Shown: positions 1 through 9,245, numbered from the stretch's first letter. The stretch is DNA of 64,000 nt from an uncultured virus (IMG/VR IMGVR_UViG_3300050821_004861) (IMGVR_UViG_3300050821_004861), one strand, 5' to 3'. Made by a program: numbers and translations. Notes: generated by a model from the sequence alone, not told the origin.

Positions 1-7
1 CCGCGTA

Positions 8-637
8 ATGCGTCTGCCAGGAACGATAAATTATCCAAAAGCAGAGAAGATAGCCAAAGGACAGACAATAGCGCAATCATACATAGCCAAAAATTATTTT
101 CATAAATACAGCATTGGTATATTGCGATCAAAAGTGCCAGCCATAATGCAAGTTCGCGTAGGTGGTTTAAAGCATCCATTTGTTCCTCGCAAGAATTCTC
201 AATGGACAGCATATAAGAAAGCGTTGGCATGTATAGAGTTCATTAGAGATCAAGGTCTAGCAGATACAAATGAATGGTATACGTTGCATGTTATGCTACC
301 ATTAATAGGTGCTATACATGACGATAACGAAGCCAATAATATAACAATAGATGAGGCAACAGAACTGTTTCTTGAAGCAGTTAGCGGCGGTGCCAGATAC
401 GGTGTAATGGGGCGCGGCCAAGGCTACTTCATGCGACAGTGGAAATCGCATCGCCCAGAAATTCCTAGAAATGGGACTAAAAGTCTTGGAGGTCTTATTT
501 GGGCAGCAAAGGAGAATGGATTTAAGCCACCTTGGATAGGCGAAGTAATGTGGGAAGAAGATTATTTGAAACAAAAAGAAGAACTTGAGAGAAAGAAACA
601 ATCAATCTCTCAAGCAGATAAAGATTTGTTCAGCTAG
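8..637 (+). CDS. C-terminal part of a RepB-type DNA primase (probably truncated by the window start)
   Basis: Begins with RLPGTINYPK, the RLPGTxNxK motif of RepB/AEP primases. C-terminal W...GGLIWAAKENGF resembles a PriCT helical domain. Confidence 0.6.
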   Translation: MRLPGTINYPKAEKIAKGQTIAQSYIAKNYFHKYSIGILRSKVPAIMQVRVGGLKHPFVPRKNSQWTAYKKALACIEFIRDQGLADTNEWYTLHVMLPLIGAIHDDNEANNITIDEATELFLEAVSGGARYGVMGRGQGYFMRQWKSHRPEIPRNGTKSLGGLIWAAKENGFKPPWIGEVMWEEDYLKQKEELERKKQSISQADKDLFS

Positions 638-1131
638 GCTGCCACCTTTTTAGGTGTGAGAAGTCTTTCCTTGCGCGCCATAAAAGTTTGGAACGCTATC
701 TTTAGTAGTTCATCTGTTACAGAACTACGAGAATCTGGATGCAAACATCTCATAATATTTGAAAACTCAGTATCTGTAAATACTGGTTTATATCCATCTA
801 TTACTTTATCCAAACTGTGCTGCATTTTACGAGCACTTTCAACTTCTTGTTTCCATCTTGGAAATGCTGCTTCACGAATTTTATCTACTTCAACTTTAAG
901 CCGAATGGCTATCGCAGCTTCAACTTGTTTTTGTTGAGCTTTCGTAAATTTAATTGGATTTGATTTCTTTTTCTCCCTCATTTCTTTAAGTGGAATTAAA
1001 ACCACCTCTATTGTTGCATGAGAAACATCCAATTCTTTGGCTATCTGTTCTCTTGACGGAAGAGATTTATGGAGCGCCTCATAGGCTAGGATAAAATCTT
1101 CCACTTGCTTTCGTTTCGTAGGTTTTGGCAT
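634..1131 (-). CDS. HTH-containing hypothetical protein
   Basis: N-terminal PSREQIAKELDVSHATI looks like a helix-turn-helix. AGGAG RBS upstream. Confidence 0.5.
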   Translation of the reverse strand: MPKPTKRKQVEDFILAYEALHKSLPSREQIAKELDVSHATIEVVLIPLKEMREKKKSNPIKFTKAQQKQVEAAIAIRLKVEVDKIREAAFPRWKQEVESARKMQHSLDKVIDGYKPVFTDTEFSNIMRCLHPDSRSSVTDELLKIAFQTFMARKERLLTPKKVAA

Positions 1132-1181
1132 TTTCGACTCCTAAAGTGGAGCCAGTGTAGGCACTGGCTCCAAGGTTATTA

Positions 1182-1547
1182 TTACGCTGTTGATGTATCG
1201 CCTTCAGGAGGCGTATCTGGATCTGGAGCATTCAAAGCAATCAAACGCTCCTTGCGAGAGAGTTCCATTCTCTCAAGCACGGGTGAGATCGTGGCCTTAA
1301 TCTCACGCTCCTTAGCGTTGATAATGGTCTGATCTCCTTCCTCTGTCCCAATCCTCTTAATCTCAGAGGCTGCGACAGCGTAGTCGTCACGCCAAGATCC
1401 TGAAATAGAATCTTCGTCCTGAAGAACTTTCAGGCGCGGACTAAGCTCCTCCCAATGACCCGTAACAATACGGAACACTGAGGAGCTGATACTAGTGCGC
1501 CGCTTAGGTTCAGGCGGCGTACTAGGCCATGCTACCACTTTAGCCAT
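1182..1547 (-). CDS. hypothetical protein
   Basis: 121 aa ORF with GGAG RBS, co-oriented with the array. Confidence 0.6.
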   Translation of the reverse strand: MAKVVAWPSTPPEPKRRTSISSSVFRIVTGHWEELSPRLKVLQDEDSISGSWRDDYAVAASEIKRIGTEEGDQTIINAKEREIKATISPVLERMELSRKERLIALNAPDPDTPPEGDTSTA

Positions 1548-1584
1548 GGATACTCCATAACTGATAATAAGACCATTCTTATTA

Positions 1585-1794
1585 TCAAAATAATTCTTTT
1601 TTGGGCAGAATCATTGTCAGATGCTTGCAGCGCCCAGAAGCTTTGCAATCACAATAAAGATTGCCTGTCCAATCTGGTTTTATTTCATATATTTTTTCTG
1701 GTTCTTTATAATGATACGTATTGACTTTGAATATTAACCAATGATCCTTGTCGATTTGATGTGGGTAATATTCATAGTCTTCTTTCACGGACAT
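1585..1794 (-). CDS. SWIM zinc-finger protein
   Basis: CDC...CKH motif (YCDCKASGRCKHL). Confidence 0.6.
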   Translation of the reverse strand: MSVKEDYEYYPHQIDKDHWLIFKVNTYHYKEPEKIYEIKPDWTGNLYCDCKASGRCKHLTMILPKKELF

Positions 1795-2063
1795 TCTCCA
1801 TAAGCTAAAGTTTCAGCTACTTCTTGTGCTTTCATTCCCTCCTTTATCTCATCTTTATACATAAGCCATAATACATCGTCCTCTTCACTTCTTTCTAAAT
1901 CCAATACAACAGTATAATGTTCATCATTTTCTTCTACTTTGAAGTGTGCATGTTGTTCTTTGGCGGCAGCAATTGCTGCCTCCAAAGATTCAAAGTTAAC
2001 GTCCCAGTTCGGTTGACCAGCAACAGGGAAATCCCCTATAAATGTCATTACTCCTAGCGTCAT
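1785..2063 (-). CDS. hypothetical protein (start reassigned to MTLGV)
   Basis: AGGAGG RBS just upstream of the ATG at 2063. Confidence 0.6.
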   Translation of the reverse strand: MTLGVMTFIGDFPVAGQPNWDVNFESLEAAIAAAKEQHAHFKVEENDEHYTVVLDLERSEEDDVLWLMYKDEIKEGMKAQEVAETLAYGECP

Positions 2064-2064
2064 T

Positions 2065-2247
2065 TTATCCTCCTTTTGGAGCCAACAAATGTGGCATCGA
2101 CTGATAGATGAAAGACTCAACTGTGTCTTGTATTTCTTGAGCTAGTAATCTCAGCATTTCCTCCTTTCTATCTGGTGGTACAGTTTCGTCGTCATCCAAG
2201 AAATGCTCAGCCAGATTATAACATTCGCTGTCATATCCCTTTTCCAT
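2065..2247 (-). CDS. hypothetical protein
   Basis: GGAGGGAGG RBS; tightly packed in the operon. Confidence 0.6.
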   Translation of the reverse strand: MEKGYDSECYNLAEHFLDDDETVPPDRKEEMLRLLAQEIQDTVESFIYQSMPHLLAPKGG

Positions 2248-2256
2248 TCCTCCCTC

Positions 2257-2463
2257 CTATATTGTTATTTTGATTAAGACATACTGTATTTCTGAACTAC
2301 CGTTCATAACGTCTGCTTGCGCTTCATCTAACGAAGTTTGAAGTTTGTCTTGGATTTCATGTCCGTGTCCTGTTGGATTTTCCACCCAACTATTAACTTC
2401 TTGCGCTGTAAACTCAATTTGTTCGACGTTCGGCTGGTTGATGTTGATTGTCATACGTGCCAT
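2257..2463 (-). CDS. hypothetical protein
   Basis: AGGAG RBS; packed in the operon. Confidence 0.6.
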   Translation of the reverse strand: MARMTININQPNVEQIEFTAQEVNSWVENPTGHGHEIQDKLQTSLDEAQADVMNGSSEIQYVLIKITI

Positions 2464-2472
2464 TTGGTTCTC

Positions 2473-2682
2473 CTAAAGAGCTTTCTCGATTTCACGAGAC
2501 ACTTGCTTGGACGCTGGCTCCCCATTTTTATCTAGTATCATTATGTAATTGTTTATGTAATAAAATATTGTGATACCATCCTTAGCGTGATCATATCTGT
2601 CGTAGCGCACATGCTCAGAATAATGGTATCCTTTCCCCATTAAAAATTTGTGAAGCTTTTCATTATACGGAGAGGTTTTCAT
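2473..2682 (-). CDS. hypothetical protein (start MKTSP)
   Basis: AAGGAG RBS upstream of the ATG at 2682. Confidence 0.55.
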   Translation of the reverse strand: MKTSPYNEKLHKFLMGKGYHYSEHVRYDRYDHAKDGITIFYYINNYIMILDKNGEPASKQVSREIEKAL

Positions 2683-2683
2683 A

Positions 2684-3022
2684 TTACTCTCCTTCGTCAA
2701 ATTCTTCCTCAACTACTAAATTTTCAATGGAGTGTATTTTTCTTAGCCCTCCCTGTTTAGCCCATTCTTCAACACGCTCTTTTGAGCCCCAACAACCTCC
2801 TGGCGCTGAATTATAGAAAAATCTGACATATGCTTGCAGCCTGATGATATTCTCATCATCTGCTCTATCAATTGCACCTTTTAAATCATTTTCTACTATG
2901 GCAAGAAGAAAATGTCCAGGTTTAACACCGTCTAGTATCCATCTTATTATACCTGGATACATACGTATCGGAATTTGATGACGACCTAAAGCATATTGGA
3001 GAGTATCGTGGTCGAATTCCAT
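2684..3022 (-). CDS. conserved phage hypothetical protein (PGxFLxA...NDL...A...AD...CWGS type)
   Basis: Motif pattern recalled from phage hypothetical proteins. GAGGTAGC RBS. Confidence 0.65.
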   Translation of the reverse strand: MEFDHDTLQYALGRHQIPIRMYPGIIRWILDGVKPGHFLLAIVENDLKGAIDRADDENIIRLQAYVRFFYNSAPGGCWGSKERVEEWAKQGGLRKIHSIENLVVEEEFDEGE

Positions 3023-3040
3023 GAGTGCTACCTCTCTTGG

Positions 3041-3304
3041 TTAGTGTTTGGTTTCACTTGCATCTTCTTCACATTTGTCGTTATGAAATTTTATTATAGC
3101 TGTCATAAATAAATGAAATTCTTTTTCATCATAATCTGCTAGCATTTGACCTGCTGCTTCAGCTAGTGCTACTAGAATGAAGCGACCTTCTTGTTGATCC
3201 GCAATGCCATGCGGATACAATTCGTCAACTAATGCATGAAGCCTGCAACGAAAACAGTTTTTCTCATGCTCTTCTTTGGTTTCTCGCTTTTTTGACATTT
3301 TCAT
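3041..3304 (-). CDS. hypothetical protein
   Basis: 87 aa ORF in the operon with a CxxC motif. Confidence 0.55.
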   Translation of the reverse strand: MKMSKKRETKEEHEKNCFRCRLHALVDELYPHGIADQQEGRFILVALAEAAGQMLADYDEKEFHLFMTAIIKFHNDKCEEDASETKH

Positions 3305-3306
3305 TC

Positions 3307-3357
3307 CTATTTGGAGAAAAGTGGGAGGGTCATTGCGGGGGTGCTAAACCCTCCCAC
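3307..3357 (-). terminator. hairpin GTGGGAGGGT...ACCCTCCCAC followed by TTTT (terminator-like)
   Basis: 10-bp perfect stem with a 17-nt loop and a U-run on the minus strand. Confidence 0.45.
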
Positions 3358-3360
3358 TCC

Positions 3361-3442
3361 TTGCCTGACTTTCGTTAGAAACAGCCATGAACTAACGCCA
3401 GCGTGGGGATATTGTGCGGTAGCCCGCTGGGACGTCAGGCAA
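3361..3442 (-). ncRNA. putative three-way-junction structured RNA
   Basis: P1 TTGCCTGAC/GTCAGGCAA, P2 CCAGCG/CGCTGG, P3 CGTTAG/CTAACG. Lies right after the stop of 3445..3663. Confidence 0.4.
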
Positions 3443-3444
3443 AA

Positions 3445-3663
3445 CTAATCTTTAATCCAAGTAGCCTTATCATAATCCTCGACGCGCAACCATGCTCTTG
3501 AGTATTGAGCTTCCCATCTATCTTTAGGATAATGATGAAAGACACGCTCTCCGCACTCAGGACAGCGCATTGGTCTGCGAGGATTGACCCAACAAATCAA
3601 AATACCGCAACATGGCATTTGCAGCAATCTGAATTGTACTTCTTGATTACTTGGTTTGGCCAA
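3445..3663 (-). CDS. zinc-ribbon hypothetical protein
   Basis: PCCG...CPECG motifs. Confidence 0.6.
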   Translation of the reverse strand: MAKPSNQEVQFRLLQMPCCGILICWVNPRRPMRCPECGERVFHHYPKDRWEAQYSRAWLRVEDYDKATWIKD

Positions 3664-3883
3664 GATCTTGTTCCTTTATATCAGCTTCTACCTGATCTGC
3701 CATACTCCTAAGTAGTTTTGGTAATGCTAATGTGATATCAAGAGTTGCTTGAATATCGAAACTAGCTATTGAAAAACCATCACCTTTATTACCTTGTAAT
3801 ATCATTAACAATACACCATGTGCCTGGGTTCTAGCCTGTACCCATGTAGCTTCGTTATCATATTTACCTGGACCTATTGTCAT
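3647..3883 (-). CDS. hypothetical protein (GPGKYD type)
   Basis: AGGAG RBS; packed in the operon. Confidence 0.6.
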   Translation of the reverse strand: MTIGPGKYDNEATWVQARTQAHGVLLMILQGNKGDGFSIASFDIQATLDITLALPKLLRSMADQVEADIKEQDLGQTK

Positions 3884-3935
3884 TTAAGTCTCCTATGTAG
3901 TTGGGGCGCCACCTAAGCAGCGCCCCAAAAATTTT

Positions 3936-4265
3936 TTACTTGGTAGCAGGATCCAATTCTTCTAGCTTAGTAATGAGATCCTCGAATGGCTTATCATCGA
4001 GTTCATCCTTAAGCTCTTCAAGTTCCGTCTTGATTTCATCTACCTTATTGATAGCTTCTTCAAGCTCGGAACCTTTGTCACTTTCCTGTTGTGTCTCAGA
4101 CATTTCGTCGAATTCAGATTGAAGACTGTCTGCTAGATTTCCAAGATTCTCTAATTCCTTGTCAATTACTCCTATGGAATCAGCAACAAGTGAGTCAAAC
4201 TTGCTGTTTTGTTCAACAAGAGCGGTAACAGCAGTTTGAAGGATTTTCTGGTGCTCTTTCTTCAT
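3936..4265 (-). CDS. acidic coiled-coil protein
   Basis: Heptad-rich acidic sequence; AGGAG RBS. Confidence 0.65.
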   Translation of the reverse strand: MKKEHQKILQTAVTALVEQNSKFDSLVADSIGVIDKELENLGNLADSLQSEFDEMSETQQESDKGSELEEAINKVDEIKTELEELKDELDDKPFEDLITKLEELDPATK

Positions 4266-4287
4266 AATAGTCTCCTTGGCAAAGTGC

Positions 4288-4575
4288 CTAACGATCTGAT
4301 TGGTAGCCTAATGCTCGGAGGCGCAATTGGAGTTCCAATTGCGTATCTAGTGCGCTTCCAAAATCTGCACTTAGATTTGGGAGTGGAATATCGCTAGGAT
4401 CAGGAGGAAGAGGAGGATTGAAATTAACGCGATGTACCACTGGAGATCTGTTGTTCGCACGAGAATAAACTCCTCCACATTTCTGAGGATACGGATAATA
4501 CCATCGAGAATAGCAGTGAGCATCTGCTGCATTGATCATTCCTACTGTTAGTGCAACGATTGAGATGGCTCGCAT
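4288..4575 (-). CDS. putative exported small protein
   Basis: N-terminal signal-peptide-like segment followed by a CYSRWYYPYPQKC motif. Confidence 0.55.
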   Translation of the reverse strand: MRAISIVALTVGMINAADAHCYSRWYYPYPQKCGGVYSRANNRSPVVHRVNFNPPLPPDPSDIPLPNLSADFGSALDTQLELQLRLRALGYQSDR

Positions 4576-4946
4576 TACATTGCCCTCAGAAAAGCTGCGT
4601 CAGCAACTATGATTACAATGTTGCCAACAAGTTGATCTTCGTTTATGATGCGCCCAACATTCTCTTCCCAGAGAATTTGGGCAAGATGATTTGGTCGTTT
4701 GCCTTGCATTTTGCCTTCTTCATTACAGAAGGCTATGCATGGACGTCCACCGAATCTATTAAACCGTGGTACAATTTCGATATGGCCTTCAACACCGAAA
4801 ACCAACATGTCGAGTGTTGGCTGTGCTGTGAGCACTCTGCCCTCAGCATATGTAGTGTCAGTAGGCTTGATAATATACATGTAGTTACCAGTAGGAGGTA
4901 CTTGTGGAAACTCACTTTTCTTCTTTGGGAGTCTGTGTTCTGGCAT
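4575..4946 (-). CDS. DUF3846-like protein
   Basis: VEGHIE...FCNEEGK...PN..A...LVGNIVI pattern. Start MPEH after a GAGG RBS. Confidence 0.65.
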   Translation of the reverse strand: MPEHRLPKKKSEFPQVPPTGNYMYIIKPTDTTYAEGRVLTAQPTLDMLVFGVEGHIEIVPRFNRFGGRPCIAFCNEEGKMQGKRPNHLAQILWEENVGRIINEDQLVGNIVIIVADAAFLRAM

Positions 4947-5175
4947 TGTCAAGTTCCTCTTTGGTTGGGAAAGTGATACCTTTGCCATGTTTCCATTCGT
5001 AACAAACGCAGTCACCGCTATCCGTAATGATGACACGCTTTGTTACACCTAATTTGACAGCAACATTATTGGTATAATGTTGGAACGCTTTAACAGCTTC
5101 TTCAGCTGGTACATTGGTACGCACCCACTCGTAAGATTCATCTTCGAAAAATTGACAAACTGAGAAGGTTTCCAT
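4912..5175 (-). CDS. hypothetical protein
   Basis: 87 aa ORF translationally coupled to its neighbours. Confidence 0.6.
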   Translation of the reverse strand: METFSVCQFFEDESYEWVRTNVPAEEAVKAFQHYTNNVAVKLGVTKRVIITDSGDCVCYEWKHGKGITFPTKEELDNARTQTPKEEK

Positions 5176-5537
5176 TAGTAGTCTCCAAATCTAGGGATTG
5201 ATACTTGAAGTTCTCTCTGCCTCTCACGATACATTCTTTCTTCTTCATCTGACATCGTGCAGATTTCAACGATAGTCTGTGGCGCCTCAGGAGCAACCCT
5301 GATTTTGGCCAACTTACAAACATTTGAATTAATTGTTGGTTGCACCGTTATATTATTTGGTATTGGTAATGGTTTAGGTTGTGGATATTGCGGTGCTGGT
5401 GGCGGAATTTTGTTACCATGTATATCGTAATATGGTTGCTCAGGATAGCAATGATGTTGCATATCACACATCTCTGCATTGGCGCTGCCTGAGATTAGCA
5501 GCGCCACTACGATTACATTAGTTCTGAGGATGGACAT
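5175..5537 (-). CDS. putative exported Cys/Pro-rich protein
   Basis: Signal-peptide-like N-terminus (IVVALLISGSANA). Confidence 0.55.
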   Translation of the reverse strand: MSILRTNVIVVALLISGSANAEMCDMQHHCYPEQPYYDIHGNKIPPPAPQYPQPKPLPIPNNITVQPTINSNVCKLAKIRVAPEAPQTIVEICTMSDEEERMYRERQRELQVSIPRFGDY

Positions 5538-5757
5538 AGGTCACTCCATTGTGGGTTTCCTCTGTCCAACGTTTTCCATCGTTGGTGCGACCATATGTAA
5601 TACCGTTGTGCGTCTCAGTTTGCCAACGGTGGCCGTCAGTAGATCGCCCATAAGTGATACCGTTATGGGTCTCTATTGTTGTTGTTTGAGCAATGGCGCT
5701 GCTTGACATTAGCATTGCCACTATGATTATGCTACGTTTCACGTTTGGTCTCCTCAT
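5518..5757 (-). CDS. putative exported repeat protein
   Basis: Signal peptide plus three ETHNG(I/V)TY repeats. Start uncertain. Confidence 0.55.
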   Translation of the reverse strand: MRRPNVKRSIIIVAMLMSSSAIAQTTTIETHNGITYGRSTDGHRWQTETHNGITYGRTNDGKRWTEETHNGVTYVHPQN

Positions 5758-5947
5758 TAACTAGGGTTTCTACTAAGGCATTTAATTCTTCAACAGTGGT
5801 AACCTCGCCAACAGGATGCCACTTGGTAGTTACTTTATATTGTCCAGAATGGACATCTTCATCCTTGTAGGATACCTCGACATTCCATCCATGCTTTATT
5901 GGAGTAGCTCTTACCATTCCTAGAAGTGAATAGTAATGTGATGGCAT
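5732..5947 (-). CDS. hypothetical protein
   Basis: AGGAGG RBS. Confidence 0.55.
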   Translation of the reverse strand: MPSHYYSLLGMVRATPIKHGWNVEVSYKDEDVHSGQYKVTTKWHPVGEVTTVEELNALVETLVNEETKRET

Positions 5948-5955
5948 ACTTCCTC

Positions 5956-6978
5956 CTATGGTTTAACGTGTACGTGGCGACTGATAACCTCTCCTGAGCC
6001 GCGCCAGAAAGGCTGCACGATCCAATGTTTATCGCCGCGTCTGTTGAGATATGAGCCTACCATATGTATGCGTGGACTCTTTCGAGTATATCCAAGCGGC
6101 ATACCTTGTTGATGCATACGAGTTTCTTGGCTAATATGCATGGTAACTATGGTATGGTCTAATCTCTGAGCTTTATTCATTCTTCTGCGTATTCTATTGA
6201 GTGGAGACATATCGACATGCTCCAACTCTACAATTTTTCTGGAAGATGTCAGTAACATTAGACACGACCATATCATAATATATTCGCCATACACATCTGC
6301 ATAGAAGTTGGCTATTTGAGCATCTTGGCTATTTCCATTAAGCCTAAGCCGATAATGAGGAGGTAGCTCCAAAAACTTTGCTCCCCATTCAGATGGTTTA
6401 TGGTATGATGTATCCCAAATGCTAAGGAGCGCGTCTAGTTGGATTTTATTATCTTTCCAGATATTAGCTAAATTAGCATCCAAAAAACTCTTAACAAAAC
6501 TTGGACTTGTGATTTTACTGTAATCAAAATCTAGGTCGAAGAAAGCAGATATTGGACCAACGTTTGGTGGCTCGCCCTTCTTGATAAAATGATTACTCCA
6601 TACCCAAGTAACCATTCCTTTTCTACCAAACTCATCTGTCTCTAGTAGAAAACCCAAACGAGTTGGTAATGGACGATTAGGATACTCATAAGCATCTATT
6701 GAGAATGTTGTTCTCAATTTCTCTCGTCCCGCTTCTGGCCATTCTATCCACATCTTAGTATATGGTATTCTAAGATGAGCCATGGCTTCTCGAAGCACCT
6801 TGGGGCGCCCCAGAGTAAGTTCCACTGCTGTGTGGATAGTTGCGTCGTCAAACAGGAAGCGAGGACATCCTTTCAATTTTTCTTCCAATATTGGGAAGAT
6901 ACTTATGACAGGATGGCTAAGAAGCCTTCTTCTCTTAGCTTCATGAACTGTTTCTGTTATGTGATCCATGAGGTACAT
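5956..6978 (-). CDS. conserved phage hypothetical protein (C-terminal SPRxHxV...W..PFWRG motif)
   Basis: 340 aa ORF with a C-terminal motif recalled from a widespread uncharacterised phage family. Confidence 0.7.
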   Translation of the reverse strand: MYLMDHITETVHEAKRRRLLSHPVISIFPILEEKLKGCPRFLFDDATIHTAVELTLGRPKVLREAMAHLRIPYTKMWIEWPEAGREKLRTTFSIDAYEYPNRPLPTRLGFLLETDEFGRKGMVTWVWSNHFIKKGEPPNVGPISAFFDLDFDYSKITSPSFVKSFLDANLANIWKDNKIQLDALLSIWDTSYHKPSEWGAKFLELPPHYRLRLNGNSQDAQIANFYADVYGEYIMIWSCLMLLTSSRKIVELEHVDMSPLNRIRRRMNKAQRLDHTIVTMHISQETRMHQQGMPLGYTRKSPRIHMVGSYLNRRGDKHWIVQPFWRGSGEVISRHVHVKP

Positions 6979-6999
6979 GACATTTTAAATCCTAGTTGG

Positions 7000-7056
7000 G
7001 GCTAAATTGCCTAAAAGGGCCGCCAGGTACTCATTACAAATCCTGGCGGCAAGTCT
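7000..7056 (-). ncRNA. two-hairpin intergenic motif, copy 1
   Basis: Minus strand AGACTT-[GCCGCCAGG..CCTGGCGGC]-CCTTTTA-[GGC AATTTA GCC]; matches the copies at 10534 and 10879. Confidence 0.45.
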
Positions 7057-7109
7057 ACACCTGGCCCGCGATGGTCCGGGGGGCGAACAACCCGACCAGG
7101 TGATCTCAA

Positions 7110-7307
7110 TTAATCTTCGTCAATTGGCTCGTCGTGCCAATAATCCGGGTCAGTAAGAACGTCTGGTCTATACCGAGACATTTTTTCGTCGTGACATTTG
7201 TCACAAGTGTAGCACAAGAAAATGCCACGAGCATCTTGGTTAGCTGAGCGTTCTAAGCCACTACCGCATGGGCAGTCTTTGAGACGCATCTCATGTGGCC
7301 AATTCAT
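7110..7307 (-). CDS. SEC-C-like zinc-binding small protein
   Basis: CPCGSG plus CYTCDKC. Confidence 0.6.
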   Translation of the reverse strand: MNWPHEMRLKDCPCGSGLERSANQDARGIFLCYTCDKCHDEKMSRYRPDVLTDPDYWHDEPIDED

Positions 7308-7474
7308 TTGAACAACCTCTCTTTGAGCTCTACAGCTTTTTCCATCCGTTTTGATCTAATTTTTGATGGTTTTTCGTGGTATTCTTCTGTTACCATCGCA
7401 ATATAGATCATAAGAGCATGATGTAACATTTCATATTCGTATGTCTTCATATGTAGTGTTTTCATTTTTGCCAT
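7304..7474 (-). CDS. hypothetical protein (start MAKMK)
   Basis: AGGAG RBS. Confidence 0.5.
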   Translation of the reverse strand: MAKMKTLHMKTYEYEMLHHALMIYIAMVTEEYHEKPSKIRSKRMEKAVELKERLFK

Positions 7475-7541
7475 TTTCTTCTCCTGGTTAAAACCGCTCC
7501 CACACGGAAGCATGGGAGCGGCCATAGACTACGCCATTACG

Positions 7542-7679
7542 CTACGCAACTTCTGGTTGATCTTCCGTCCCTTTTGGCGGAACCGGTTCAGCTTCTGCTT
7601 CTTTTGGAGGAGCTTCTGCTTCTTTTGGAGCTTCTACTACCGGCTCTTCAGCTTTGGTATGCTCTTCTGGGTCACCCAT
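7542..7679 (-). CDS. small acidic E/P/A-rich protein (not in ORF track): MGDPEEHTKAEEPVVEAPKEAEAPPKEAEAEPVPPKGTEDQPEVA
   Basis: AAGGAGG RBS directly after hammerhead 1; open frame to TAG. Confidence 0.55.
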   Translation of the reverse strand: MGDPEEHTKAEEPVVEAPKEAEAPPKEAEAEPVPPKGTEDQPEVA

Positions 7680-7703
7680 ACGAGTCCCTCCTTGGTTGCT
7701 GAC

Positions 7704-7768
7704 GATCTCATCAGGTGCTGCCTAACAGCACGACTTGGAACGCCTTTGTGGCGCCCCAAGTTTCGATC
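7704..7768 (-). ncRNA. type II hammerhead ribozyme HH1 (GUC site, cut 7732/7731)
   Basis: GAUC GAAA CUUGGGGCGC-CACAAAG-GCGUUCCAAG UC GUGCUG-UUAGG-CAGCAC CUGAUGA GAUC. Confidence 0.93.
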
Positions 7769-7769
7769 T

Positions 7770-8357
7770 TTATTTCAGTAGCTTTCTGCCGCCACTCTGT
7801 ATAATGGTGCGTAGTCTGTCATTACGCAACTTGATTCTATCTGCTTCTTCATCCGAAGCAGCCAATGCTTGCAAAGCATCTTCGTCAGAAAAGACGTTAG
7901 CTTCTGTATGAGTTACAAGGAACTCAAGATTTCTATCATTAAGCCTGTTAGCTTTATCCACATTACGTAAATAATGTGCTTGATAAATAAGATCACGTTC
8001 TCCGATATGAAAATAAATTCCGTATATTGGATGTCCTGAACTTGTGAGAAATCTCTTGGCTTGATCTATAGATTTGGGCTTAATACAACCATTAATATAA
8101 AAAATTGCGTTAATTGATATCGGTCTAATACCATACATTCTATGTATGGTAGATGGAACATCCGGTAAGCGATGGAGAACGTATTGAAGACTACTAATCT
8201 CTAATCCATCATAAGAGTAATATTTTTGACCTGGTATTTTGTCAAGTTCTCTGGCTATATCCTTTGCATTTGGCCAATTGTTACCATTTTGATGCATAAC
8301 ATATGCGATTTTGCCGAGTCTCTCAAGCCATTTTCGCATTTCATTACTTGCGTTCAT
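7770..8357 (-). CDS. hypothetical protein
   Basis: 195 aa ORF with an AGGTAGC RBS. Confidence 0.65.
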   Translation of the reverse strand: MNASNEMRKWLERLGKIAYVMHQNGNNWPNAKDIARELDKIPGQKYYSYDGLEISSLQYVLHRLPDVPSTIHRMYGIRPISINAIFYINGCIKPKSIDQAKRFLTSSGHPIYGIYFHIGERDLIYQAHYLRNVDKANRLNDRNLEFLVTHTEANVFSDEDALQALAASDEEADRIKLRNDRLRTIIQSGGRKLLK

Positions 8358-8375
8358 TTTGCTACCTTTCTGAAC

Positions 8376-9245
8376 CTAGTTTAGATTATCTGGATTTGCG
8401 AGCCTCATATTATCAAAATCAGGAGTGTGCTCTTTCTCCTTGAGTTTTTCTGCACATTCAATAAAATGTGCTCCCAATGTTCTCAGAACCTGTGCTAATT
8501 TGTGACGTGAATAAATATTTAGATTGTCAGAATTTAGCATTATTTGATCTAATTTTTCTTTATCTCTTTCCAAATGACGAGCAAAATCAACAGTAAATGG
8601 AACAATATGTTTTACTGATGCTTCACTCTTCAATTCCTTCTTAAGGAATGGATCTAAGTCTGACTCATCTACTCTCTTATTGAACTCTATTCTTTCTTGT
8701 TTGAGTCTTTCTTTCTCAGCACGATTAGCTTCGCGCTCTTTTATGATTTCTACTTTGGCTTCTTCCTTGACTTGTTTTTGATCAATTTTATCCTTTTGAA
8801 TTCCAATATGTTCCTCAAATTTTTCTTCCGGCATTTTTGCCAATTTTTGCATTTGAGCAGACAAATATTTATCAACTCCTAAATCAGCTAGTTTCGGAAT
8901 TACAGAAATTGGCGGTGTCGGTTGCGGATTTTGCGAAGTCGCGTCCGGCGACTTCGGAATTTCCGCAACTATTTCGGCCACTTTCGGTTTTTCAACAACC
9001 TTTCTGTTTTCTTCTTTTTGGTGTCTTTTCCCTTCTTCCTTCAACTGTATTAACAACTCACCTCCCTTTCTTTCAGCACGCATCCTTATTTCCAATGCTT
9101 GCTTTTCCATTACGAAGTTTTTTGAAACTCTAGCATATTCCTGAATGGCAATGTGCTTATCACGAATATCCTTAATTTCGTCAACTCTGTACGCTTCAGC
9201 AACCGCTCTACAAGCGGCCTCATATTTTATAAGTTCTTGTATCAT
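8376..9245 (-). CDS. helical/coiled-coil phage protein (YEAACRA...VDE.KDIRDK...RAER..GELL N-domain)
   Basis: N-terminal domain recalled as often fused to phage methyltransferases, but no MTase motifs seen here. Start MIQEL after an AGGA RBS. Confidence 0.65.
   Translation of the reverse strand: MIQELIKYEAACRAVAEAYRVDEIKDIRDKHIAIQEYARVSKNFVMEKQALEIRMRAERKGGELLIQLKEEGKRHQKEENRKVVEKPKVAEIVAEIPKSPDATSQNPQPTPPISVIPKLADLGVDKYLSAQMQKLAKMPEEKFEEHIGIQKDKIDQKQVKEEAKVEIIKEREANRAEKERLKQERIEFNKRVDESDLDPFLKKELKSEASVKHIVPFTVDFARHLERDKEKLDQIMLNSDNLNIYSRHKLAQVLRTLGAHFIECAEKLKEKEHTPDFDNMRLANPDNLN

Noticed and set aside
3361..3442. Three-way junction as a type III hammerhead
   Set aside because: There is no CUGANGA between P2 and P3. 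Kept only as an unknown structured RNA.
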